From assembly GCA_964188305.1 (NCBI GenBank), contig OZ076894.1: a DNA stretch of 64,000 nucleotides. The stretch is one strand, 5' to 3'. The position numbers and the translations under genes are program-made. Under the pieces are notes generated by a model. The model was not told the origin of the DNA. It saw only the letters and a program-made list of their open reading frames with translations, and did no database searches. The stretch is from Podarcis bocagei (Eukaryota). Positions 25,907 to 36,384 of this stretch are shown piece by piece (the stretch's first letter is position 1; each line of letters starts with the position of its first letter).

Positions 25907-26204
25907 ACAATTCAGGAAAGTGAGACAACCAGAGCATTCGCATTATAAACATTTGTCAAGCTTTATCTAGCAAGGTTTCCACCCAAAGAATCCTGGAAAT
26001 TGTAGTTTGGTAAGATGCTGAGAGAGATCCACAGTCCCACCTCTGGAACCTCAGTTTCCATGGTTCATTGGGAAGAAGGAATTATTATTAAACCTCTCGA
26101 AACATGCTGCAACATAAACATGTCCACAGTCAGATATGATAGCACCTCTGTCTGTATTTTTGTTTTTCACTGGTCAGTTTTGGTTTTGCATTGATAAGAT
26201 TTAA

Positions 26205-26247
26205 ATCAATCAGTCAATCAGTCAATCAATCAATCAATCAATCAATC
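26205..26247. repeat. (AATC)n microsatellite
   Basis: Direct reading. Confidence 0.9.
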
Positions 26248-27298
26248 ACAGCCAGGAATGGGGAAGTGTTGGTAATAACTCACAAATAATGGGAAGTTTG
26301 ATATTGTATTGCAAGGAGAAACACGAAGCTTCAGTGAGTTCCATTTTTAATCCCTCTATGCATAGCGAAATCCTCTTAAATAGCACAAGCAAGCAGAAAT
26401 GGGGGAAAGTAATTGTTCCAATTATCAAAGGCTCATAGGAATACATTGATCTGGGAGAAACTCACTTTGATTTAATAAACTGCTTAAAAATTAGCATTGA
26501 AAAAGCACGAAGGCAGGCAAAAGCAATAGCTTTGACTTAACTCCAATAACGCAGAGACAAATAATTATATGAACCCAATTCCAGCAAAGAAAAAATATGT
26601 GCATGAATACTAACATAATAACTTCAGCTCACTTTTTAATTTAATGGGTCCATTAATATAATGGGTCTATTCTGGACACAACCTGTGGTCACTAACAACC
26701 AAACTTTTAATATTAAATAAAAGGTTTCTCGAAACTATCAAGTTAATAATCTCTGTTTCCTCACCCCCACAGCTCCAGTTATTTTCAGACAGTATAATTA
26801 TATCCTGAAAAAAGGCATAACTAATTAGCTCTATGCCCATCACTGGTATGACAAAATTCTGAAAGAACAATGATACAGAGATAATACTCATAAGTGGCAT
26901 TTCAGTTACTGCAGTTAGTTCAGAAAGATGTAGGGACAGAACAACAATATAATAATAATAATGATTCTTCTTTGTCCTTTAAGCAATCAATAATAATGCT
27001 TATTTCCCTACTGGGAAAAATAGCTAAAAATACATTTTGAGGAACAAAAAACATTGAAGCACAACTAGAAACATAATGTTAAGATCTCCAGGAAATGAAA
27101 TAAACAAAACTCATGATGAATTTAAGCAAAGATGTTGGACATTTATGGTGGTAGGATTCTGAACTAAGAAGAAATCCCTGGCTGGATGAGGCCAGAGGTC
27201 CACCTTAGCTGAATGGTGCCACCTGAATCAGGTTACTTCACCCTGTCTATATTGATACTGAATGAATCACAAATTTGAGGCAACTTCAATTTATTCAG

Positions 27299-27646
27299 TG
27301 GTGTAAACCACTGAGCCTTGGGCTTGCCGATCAGAAGGTTGGCGGTTTGAATCCACGCAACAGGGTGAGCTCCCATTGTTCGGTCCCTGCTCCTGCCAAC
27401 CTAGCAGTTCGAAAGCACGTCAAAGTGCAAATAGATAAATAGGTACCGCTCCGGCGGGAAGGTAAACAGTGTTTCCATGCGCTGCTCTGGTTTCACCAGA
27501 AGCGGCTTAGCCATGCTAAGCCACATGACGTGGAAAAACTGTCTGTGGACAAACGCCGGCTCCCTTGGACAGTAAAGCGAGATGAGCGCCGCAACCCCAG
27601 AGTCATTCACGACTGGACTTAACTGTCAGGGGCCATTTACCTTTAC
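27299..27646 (+). mobile_element. Sauria SINE, slightly 5'-truncated
   Basis: Sauria body with ACCTTT tail; TSD CTTCAATTTATT(C/A)AG. Confidence 0.93.
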
Positions 27647-28359
27647 CTTCAATTTATTAAGGAAAAGCTCTAGCTCACTGCAAGAAGTAAAGGCCACATT
27701 TAATAGTCTTTCCGGCAATGCAAAATATACCCTATTAACACCTATGCCGAAATTGCTTCAGAAATGAACTAGTGCCAAGAGTATATACAACTTAACTTGT
27801 ATTGGATGCAACCTAAAGAAAAATCTTTAGAAATGAACAAATCGCATCAGTACCTTGGAAGATCCAGATTTAAAGGATGCATTGACATTGATTTCTACTA
27901 AGAACTGTCAACTTCAGTTTATCTGTGGTTCATATTGCTAGGAGGAAAGGCATATTAATTTCAGCCTGAAAAGCAAACTATCTGTTAGCTTTGTAAACAA
28001 ACTACCTTTAAATATCATTTTAAAAATCAAAGACAGATGAGAAGACAGCTGATATGTCAATGTGACCTCTAAAGTCATAAACCACTCCGTTTCATTTAAC
28101 CAATATATTGCGGGCTGAATTTTAGTCAACAGTTGAAGCACAATGTCTGCCAGATGTTTTGAGCCACAGCTCCCATCAGGCCCAGCCATCTTTCTCAACA
28201 GTCAGAGATTATGGGGTTTGTAGTTCCAAATATCTGGAGAGCACCATGTTGGCAATTCCTGCATTAAAGCTTTGTTTGATTAATCTGCCCATTATTACAT
28301 GGGTAGTAAACTGGACACCCCAATGACCCCCTAAGTGAAGGTGCATTATACCTAAGACT

Positions 28360-28790
28360 TGTTGGGTTTCTATTCCTCTCACTGTGCAGATATTATGTAG
28401 GATTGGTTCATCACATGTCTGTGTTATGCATTCCAGCACCAAGTGTTGGAATCACGAGAGTGGATGTTGACTGTACTCTGTTTCCGTTTGTGTTTGCTTT
28501 CACTTCTGACTACTCTCGGAGGAAGATGAGAAAGAGGAGACATGTTTTCTTCTATTCTGCCTTATGCTTAATAAAGTAGCTTTAGTGCTTACAACCTCAG
28601 CCTAGCTCTGACTGCATTTATCTCCGCTGGACTCTGAATATGTGTTTAGTGTCTCCAAGACATAAGTCATTATAAATTGTTGGGAAAGGTGGTTCGGAAC
28701 TCCCTAGAGCTGCACGCTGATGGGAGAGACAGGCTGGAATTGTTCCTGTCGTATGCCTGGGGGTTGTCCTAGCCCCCGGCCGACCCAACA
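28360..28790 (+). mobile_element. Solo LTR (431 bp) with Copia-like termini
   Basis: TGTTGGGT...ACCCAACA perfect 8-bp inverted termini; perfect 5-bp TSD AGACT (28355-28359 and 28791-28795); AATAAA at ~28569. Confidence 0.88.
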
Positions 28791-29240
28791 AGACTGGCTG
28801 AGTTATTTTGACACCTGAAGCAGATAATCCTACAAACATCTCCCCATGGGGGAGCTGCCTCACTTTGCCTAAGAGGAGGGCCAGTTCTGTTGCAGCAGGC
28901 AATATTCATGGCTGGATAGCCATTTTTAGTCAGAATGGATTGAGTAAAATGAAATCACCATCATCATCACTTAGTAGGCTTAGTCTATCGTAGTTTTTCA
29001 AACCATGCTTGGAAATTCCACCCAAGCCTTGCCTGAAATTTGGATTTGAGATGGTATCAGTAAAAGAAAAAAGAAAGTTATGGGTTCTGCCATCTAAATT
29101 CCCTTCTTCGGAACTATTCTGGGAGAGAGAGGGGGAAATTTCCTCCACCCTTTCTGCTGCACCAATTCATGTACACAAAAACTGGCAATATGGATGGGAA
29201 TTTTTGCAAGGTTTATATCAAAGCTTTGCAAATTCTAGTG

Positions 29241-29600
29241 CAGGAGTCGGCAAGGCTTACTGGCCATGGGCTGGATCACTCCCACAGAGATCGTCTGTTG
29301 GTTGGGCCCGTGCAGCGCAACGCTGGAAACTGCGTCTGCACATTCCTGCAGCACCGGCCAGAAATCGCTTCTGCGTATGCCAAGATGCCGAAAATTGTGC
29401 CTGCGTAGAAGCGATGTTCGGCGTCTGGGCATGCGCAGAAGTGATTTCCAGTGCTGCTCGGCGAGTCCCCACGCCATGCCGATTTAGCACAGTATGCGGG
29501 AGACTCGCCAAGTGGGCGGCTCGGTTCGGGGCAGCTAGTGGGCCAGTAAAACGGTCTTCGTGGGCCGCATCTGGCCCATGGACCACATGTTGCCGACCCA
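29241..29600. mobile_element. hAT (Charlie-like) MITE, CpG-rich
   Basis: Perfect 8-bp TSD TTCTAGTG (29233-29240 and 29601-29608), resembling NTCTAGAN; TIRs CAGGAGTCGGCAA / TTGCCGACCCA. Confidence 0.9.
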
Positions 29601-30484
29601 TTCTAGTGCAATACCTAACAGGCAAATTGATATAGGCTATACCATGAAGCAGTTTGAGAAGCCATTCATGACTGGCCCAAATAAGCATTCACCCATTTCA
29701 TACCTGAACTCCACGATTTAGACGGTAGAAACGATTACACAAACTGTAGCCACGATTGCATAACAAAACATAACAGATGAGGAAATGAGAAACAAAGGGA
29801 GAGGAATTGGAAAAAAGTATAAATTGCACAGGAAATTCAAATGAACAAAATGGCAACAAAATTTCAAACAGAAACATCACAGATAGAGTGGAATTAGCTA
29901 TATAGAAAAATGTCTTATTAGTCAGCTCCAGGAGGATTAAGTGCAATTTTTGAAAAAGGCCGTAGATACCAGTTCTTTCCATTTATTCTTTTCTCCATTG
30001 TTAATATTTTGTACCATGTGGAAACAAAGGTGTTAGATCAGGCCTTCAAAATCTGTGAGCTACCAACCTGCCTGTTTTAATGAATTGAACGTTTCAATTG
30101 CTCTTACTAATAATTTCATCATTTGGTGGTGTGTGCTTTTTGTGTAAACTGCATTGAGGGTTTTTTATGATCAAGCAGTATATAAAATGTATGAAATGAA
30201 TAAAATAAATAAACCTGAGCATAGCCCACCAGCTATGAATCGTATCCTGCCATGTGGCTTCACAATTTCCCTGTTGTGTCATATCTGGCAGACAGAGAGA
30301 AATAAGGATAGTTGAATCTGCTCCAACAATTTACCAGGAGCAACCCCACTGTCTGTCTCCTTTGCCATGTCAACCCGTTGCACACGGATGGTGCCAGGGG
30401 AGACAAGCACCACCACCACCATCCTGCGCAAACAAGGCACAAGGTGGATAAGACACTTGTATAATATATAACTATAGGGTGGAG

Positions 30485-30623
30485 CAAGTGTGAGGAACCT
30501 TTGGCACTCCAGCTGATGCTGGACTACAATTCCCATCAGCCCCAGTAAGCATGGCCAATGGCCATGGTTGATGGGAGCTTGTAGTTCACCAACATCTGGA
30601 GGACCAAATATTCTCCACATCTG
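30485..30623. mobile_element. Short hairpin-type hAT-like MITE
   Basis: Arms GGACTACAATTCCCATCA / TGATGGGAGCTTGTAGTTC; partial TSD GGGTGGAG/GGGTAGGG. Confidence 0.7.
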
Positions 30624-31702
30624 GGGTAGGGCACTCAGACGGTGATTTATAATGTTAGGCTAGGAATTCTTACAGAAATAAGTTTCTGAAATGTTGGATG
30701 CTTATGAAGCCCCTGATGGGCCCAACCATGTGTTGTTATAGACAGCTTTTCGTTGATGGGCCACAATTTGTGCAGGCCTGATTAGATCAGACAGAGTAAA
30801 TTTTTAATCCCCCGTTCTCACACAAGCTGTAGAATCATGTGTAGGATTTTATCTTAGGTTGATCTCAAATAACAAAAAAATGGACCACCCTTTTTAATTC
30901 ACAGTGTGCTTTTATTTCTTTATTTATTTATTTTTCATCTGAGATCATTTAATTCAAATAGTGCTGAATCTTACCATATTATTTGAAGTTTAGAACAGAA
31001 GTCAAATAATACCAAAACACATAATTTCTAGTTAATATACTGCAAAGCTTTGATATATGAGAATCTGACAGGAAATTTCTCTGTTTACCTTTCCGCATTA
31101 CGAATGACCACCAATTAGTTCTTTGTGTTGGGGAATCACACCTGGGTTATGTCTTTCATGCTTTGTGATCGACACAAAGGTATATATTTGTTATATATCT
31201 GAATAAGCATTAAAGCAATTGATGAAATTATTTTCCAACTTTTTAAAAGATAAACATGTTGCTTGCATCACAGCTTCACCGTGGAGGCACCATGATGTGG
31301 TAGCATAAACAAATTATTTGTGGCAACTTTGGTTTACATTTCATATGTACCAGTTCTTAACACTGTTCTGCAGAATGCTTAAAATTCCAAACATTCTGTC
31401 AATAAGCCTCTTACCGCTACAAACCTACATTCCCTGGGTGGGCGTCCCAGGGAGTATTGGGTATATTGGATCTCCATATCCAACACTGGAGAGGGTGATC
31501 TGATGTTGGATCACACCTCCTCCAAGCCATGGAAACCTCAGATGCTCTGTTCTAACGGGAGGCAAGAGAGAGGAAGGGATGAAAATAAGAAATATGGGGG
31601 GGGGGTTCATTCTCGCTCAGGATGGCATATTACCAAAGTCCGCCCTTGGTCCAACTGATGTCAGGGTCCAACACTATGCCATGAAGGGATCATCTTGGGG
31701 GC

Positions 31703-32139
31703 TGTCACGGGACAGACAGGGAATGCCCTTGGGGCAAGGGAAGGGGGAGTATCAGAGCAAGAAGAATCAGAAGGGAAATACAGGGAAATGATGGAAGGTA
31801 CTGGGAAGGGTGAGGCAGAGAGCAGTGAAGTGGCGTCAGGGCTCTTTGATGCTGAAAAGCCCTGTCACCAACCAGGAAGTTCAGGAACAGAAGGGGAAGC
31901 GGTGCCTTCAGCACAGGCAAGGAGAGAGTTAAAGCGCAGGGATCAAAGATGTCTCCCAAGATTCCCACGCCTGCTGTGTTGGAGAAGAAACCAAAAGAAG
32001 CCACTCCCCGAATCTGACTCCTCAGGTTCAGATGCATGATTTGGAACTGTAGCTGTTCGTACATATGTTAATAAAGAACTGTAAATATCTCTGAGTGAGC
32101 AGAGGGTGTTTATTGCAAAGAGCACACATCACCTTGACA
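31703..32139 (+). mobile_element. Solo LTR (437 bp, Gypsy-like) with an open internal frame to 32039
   Basis: TGTCA...TGACA termini; perfect 5-bp TSD GGGGC (31698-31702 and 32140-32144); AATAAA at ~32070. Confidence 0.88.
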
Positions 32140-32309
32140 GGGGCAGATCAAGGGTGTGTTCCGAAACCACTTTTTCCCAATAATATGTAACAATTTACAC
32201 TTTTGTCATCTACTAACTATTAAATTATTCACTCATCATTATGAGCAATACATTTATGAGTTCTAAAGTAAATAGAATGGCATTATATGTCTTTTTTAAA
32301 AGAAACATA

Positions 32310-33656
32310 CCATATTTTTCCATGTATAAGACAAGGTTTTTTGCTATTAAAAAAAACAGTAAAAAATTGGGAGTTGTCTTCTACACGGAACATGGGCACC
32401 CAGGGGATTTTTAAAAATATTTAAGCATATGTCCAGGATTTTGGTTTGGGCGGGCTCAGGCAGTCCCTCCTGCTGCCGTCCCCCCCTTCTCCTCCTCCTC
32501 CAGGCTGTATGCTGGTGACTGGCTCGCCTCCTGAAGCCCCCGCTGGCTCAACCACCGGATCGAGAGCAACTGCTGCCACCGCTGCCACTGCTGCCACCGC
32601 TGTCTCAGCTACCTCTCCTTGCCCGGCTTTCCTTTTTTGCCTCTTCCCCTCTCAAACTCCCACCCTGCCCCCAGCATGCTCACCACCTTCCTCAGCTCAG
32701 TTTTGTGCTGGGCCGGGGGTAATCCAAGAACCGCGGTCCAGGTCTGGTCCAGAATCCATAGGGCAGTCCAACAGGGTCAAGGCAAGACACGAAGCAGGAA
32801 ACCAGGCAAGGACAAGTACAGGATCTCAGGCAGGATCTAGCATACAGCAATGTTGCTCCCGCAACCTGCGGCAGGGTCCAACAGCCTTTTATCATTGTCA
32901 GGGTAATGGCCAGTTCTGATCCCCCAGTAACTCACCTCCCTGTCTCATCCGAAGGTGAGCACTCCTCCTGCGACTACTCAAGTCTCTCCTTCTCTCAGAC
33001 CTTAGTCTCTGCAGCTCGGGAGACGTCGGTGGGTTACTAGACCCAGGGGCCGCCTCAGCCTCTCCTGACCCAACTGGTAGTGGAGCAGCTGTAAGCGATG
33101 GCCCAGCTGAAGGCAACGAGGTAATCCCCACATCTGGAGCCAGGGCAGGCTCAGGCCCCTGACTCGGCCCAACTGGTGTTTGTTGCAGGGGAACCTGTGC
33201 AGACTGGGACTCTTCAGGATCAGGCCCCAGACTTGGTTCAGATGGTGCCTGAGGCAAAGGATCTGGTGCAGACTGAGACTCCTCTGGTTCTGAGCCCGAG
33301 CCCAAGTCCCAAGCCATCACAAGTTTGCTCAATGGCATGGCCCAGCACAGAGTGGGCGCTGCCTCCCCCTGAATCCTGCCTGGGATCCTCCTTCCCCTCG
33401 CTTCCCCGTAGCAGCAGCTGCCACTGAGGGGGAGCATGTGGTGCCCCAACCGCTGCCTTTGCTTCTGCACCACAGTGCACTGCATGCAGCTCATGCTGGA
33501 AACTTTGAAGGCGATTGCCCCCCAAAAGATAAACTTGCCACCGCAGATCATCCAGATTTTCACTTCTGTTTTAGGGTTTTGTTTTCTTAATTTTGGGTTA
33601 AAAAAATATAGGGGTAATCTTATACATGGGGGCGTCTTATACATGGAAAAATACGG
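32310..33656. mobile_element. Tc1/mariner (Tc2/pogo-like) non-autonomous element hosting a solo LTR
   Basis: 23-bp TIRs CCATATTTTTCCATGTATAAGAC / GTCTTATACATGGAAAAATACGG; TA TSD. Confidence 0.9.
32704..33321 (-). mobile_element. Solo LTR (618 bp, Gypsy-like) with an open internal frame 33320->32898
   Basis: Minus-strand termini TGTGATGG...CCAGCACA; perfect 5-bp TSD AGTTT (32699-32703 and 33322-33326); TATA-like GATAAAAG just after the stop. Confidence 0.88.
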
Positions 33657-34393
33657 TATTTTCCTCTCCTCGACTGTGTCAACCTCAGGCAGGCTTCCTG
33701 CAAAATTTCCATATGACATTTATCTTGCTCTGATATTCATTTCAAGCCTGTGGCTTCTATGTGACAATTGTCGGCACTCTGCATTTTATTACAGGTCTGT
33801 AGTGAATTCTTTCCTTGTTATTTTGTGTTTGCTCGATGTAGCTACAGTACACAGCACTAATGCTGTGATTTGCCAAGATGTACCACAGGTTATTTTCAGA
33901 GTATTCTTGATATGATCTCACTAAGTACACAGCAAGGAAAACGTATTCCTCCAGCTGAGCCTAGAATCAATTGCCAAGTCCAAATGTCAGCAAAGTGAAA
34001 GCTTGTTCAAAATTCATTATGGGATGTGATTGATATAGCAGAGTCAAAAGGAAATCATAATGGAATTGCAAATCTAAATTTGGTCTTTAAAATGAGTATA
34101 TGCATTGAAGGTGGCGGGGGGTGGGGGGTGGGAGAGGGAATCAACCATCTCCCGTTAAGCACAGATGGAAAGTTTCATACACACACCTGAAAAGTGCACT
34201 CAATTCAAAGCAATCTAAGGAAATGATAGTGCTAGAGTATCTATCCATCTATCTATAAAAAGCTGGTTGTCAGCATTCCATCACAATTCTCAACTGAGGA
34301 TGAGATTGTGCTGAAAAACAGGTTGTACGTTGTCATCTGGGAGAAGGTACCCCAACGGTACCCCAAAGTATACTTTTATTTCCTTCCAGTGTG

Positions 34394-34397
<4 letters not shown>

Positions 34398-34473
<76 letters not shown>

Positions 34474-34474
34474 A
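34398..34474. repeat. Compound (TC)n(CA)n microsatellite
   Basis: Direct reading. Confidence 0.95.
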
Positions 34475-36286
34475 TACGTACTTGCAATATTTAACCCAGC
34501 CCCTCTCCACACACAATCTACTAAACATAATGATGGGCATTGTTGCTAGTGAACTATAAAAGTCTGAGTTTGAAGTCAGTATCTGTTCCTATGATGGTAC
34601 AGAGCAAATAAATCGTTTTAATTCTCCAGTCTTCCAAATTATGAGTTTTTCAGTTCTAATTCTGCTATTAATTCAGTTCCATACTTCTCCCTCTGCAATT
34701 GCAGGTATTTGCTTTATTTCAGATCAGTAATTGCATATAAAAGTAAGGTTAGTACCATTTCTTTCGCAGCTTCACCAGCTCATTAGACAAAACAGATAGA
34801 TTAAGGTCTTGCACAAGGGAATCGGTGGTGACTCAGATAAGGGGGGAGAGAATTAATATCAAAAGAAAAAGTGCAATCTATGGAATGATGGTTCCACATG
34901 CTTGTACATCAATGGATTGTGTTGCCCTTAGTTATTGTACATTTGATGACTTGAAGCTGAACGTGTGAAGAAGTTCCACTGAAAAGCCTTGTTGTATTTG
35001 ATGTGGTGCTAGATGACATTAAAGTTCTACCTGTGATATTACATCTGCAGTTCCTCATTCACACATGCAAGTGGTTAGTCACTTTACAGTCACTGTACAT
35101 CACTTTACAGCCATCAAGTGATAACAATACATGTGTGTGTGCATCAGGAGTAAGAGATACACTACGGAGAACTTCTTTTGAATGCATGACCACAATCTAT
35201 ATATAAGATAGCAATTTGTTTGAAACGGTTTTTAATATTGCGTTTTAATTGTTGTAGCCCACATTGGGACTTTAGGGTGAAGGGCAGGTAATAGATATTA
35301 TAAATATGTATTCCCTCTGCTCATGGCTAGGGGTGAAGGAGAAATTTGGTTCAGTTTGCATTTTAATGCTATCCTTCAAAATCTACCCTTAGATTTTATC
35401 TTATAATGCAGTTTTCCAACAAAAAAAAATGTGTGAAGAAATGCATGTCAGTGAAAACAATAGCAGCAATATATATTATATTAGGAAAAATTGCTTGCAA
35501 AAAATATTTATATCACACAATGTTGCATACAGAAATGTGTATAACAGAACTGTGTGCTAACATGCTGAGACCTTTTGAGAGGGTTTTGTGTGTTTTTTGA
35601 AAAAAAGAAATTACAAACAGATGCAGAAATGTAGCAAGCTGTACAGTTAAGCCAGACAGATGAAACTCCACTTCATCATGTTAAAAATCTGAATGTTCTT
35701 AAATACTAGTAAAATCCAGATGATTTGCCCATTGGCATGCATATGATAAGCGATGTAAGCTGGCCAAATTTCACCCAGATCTATTGAGAAATGGCCTAGA
35801 TAAAATAATCATTTTTTATTTCTGCATTCTGCTCCTTTGTAGTTATTATTTGTCAGGCATAACATACTAGCATTGTGTGTGTGTCTTTCTTGACTTATCA
35901 CTGTATCATAAATTCAAGGAAATGGGAAAAGTCTTGCCTTTCTTGCAGGAGGAGAGGATTGAGGGTGAAAGACCAAGGACAAGTGTGGTGAACGGAAGCT
36001 AAGTTGGAAGCAATCACAGTATGTGAGACTCTAGAACAAGACTGGGGAGTCTGTGGTCTTCAGATGTTGTTGGACTCCCTTCAGACCCATCTAGCATGGC
36101 CAGCAGTCAGGATGATGGGAGCTGGAGTTCGACTGTCCAAGGTTCCTCACCTACAGAATACAATTGCTGCTCACATGACATGGAAAAGAAGCCGAAGTGC
36201 TTTAACTTGCAATTCCCATTTTTTCTTTTCTTTTAGTGAATGAGTGAGTTTGTAAGTGATTTACCTCTTCTGTTAAGATCAAGCAG

Positions 36287-36312
36287 ATCTATCGATCATC
36301 TATCTATCTATC

Positions 36313-36355
<43 letters not shown>

Positions 36356-36384
36356 ATCTATCTATCTATCTATCATCATCATCT
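36287..36384. repeat. (ATCT)n microsatellite, interrupted
   Basis: Direct reading. Confidence 0.95.

Noticed and set aside
29009-29688. Overlapping 208-aa and 143-aa ORFs
   Set aside because: They are stop-poor because of the GC-rich hAT MITE; no recognisable domain.
32704-33349. 11-bp inverted repeat TGTGCTGGGCC/GGCCCAGCACA as element ends
   Set aside because: No TSD at 33349, whereas the boundary at 33321 gives a perfect AGTTT duplication.
32898-33719. 273-aa ORF as a host gene
   Set aside because: It crosses unique DNA, a Tc2-like terminus and an LTR; only the part inside the LTR is meaningful.
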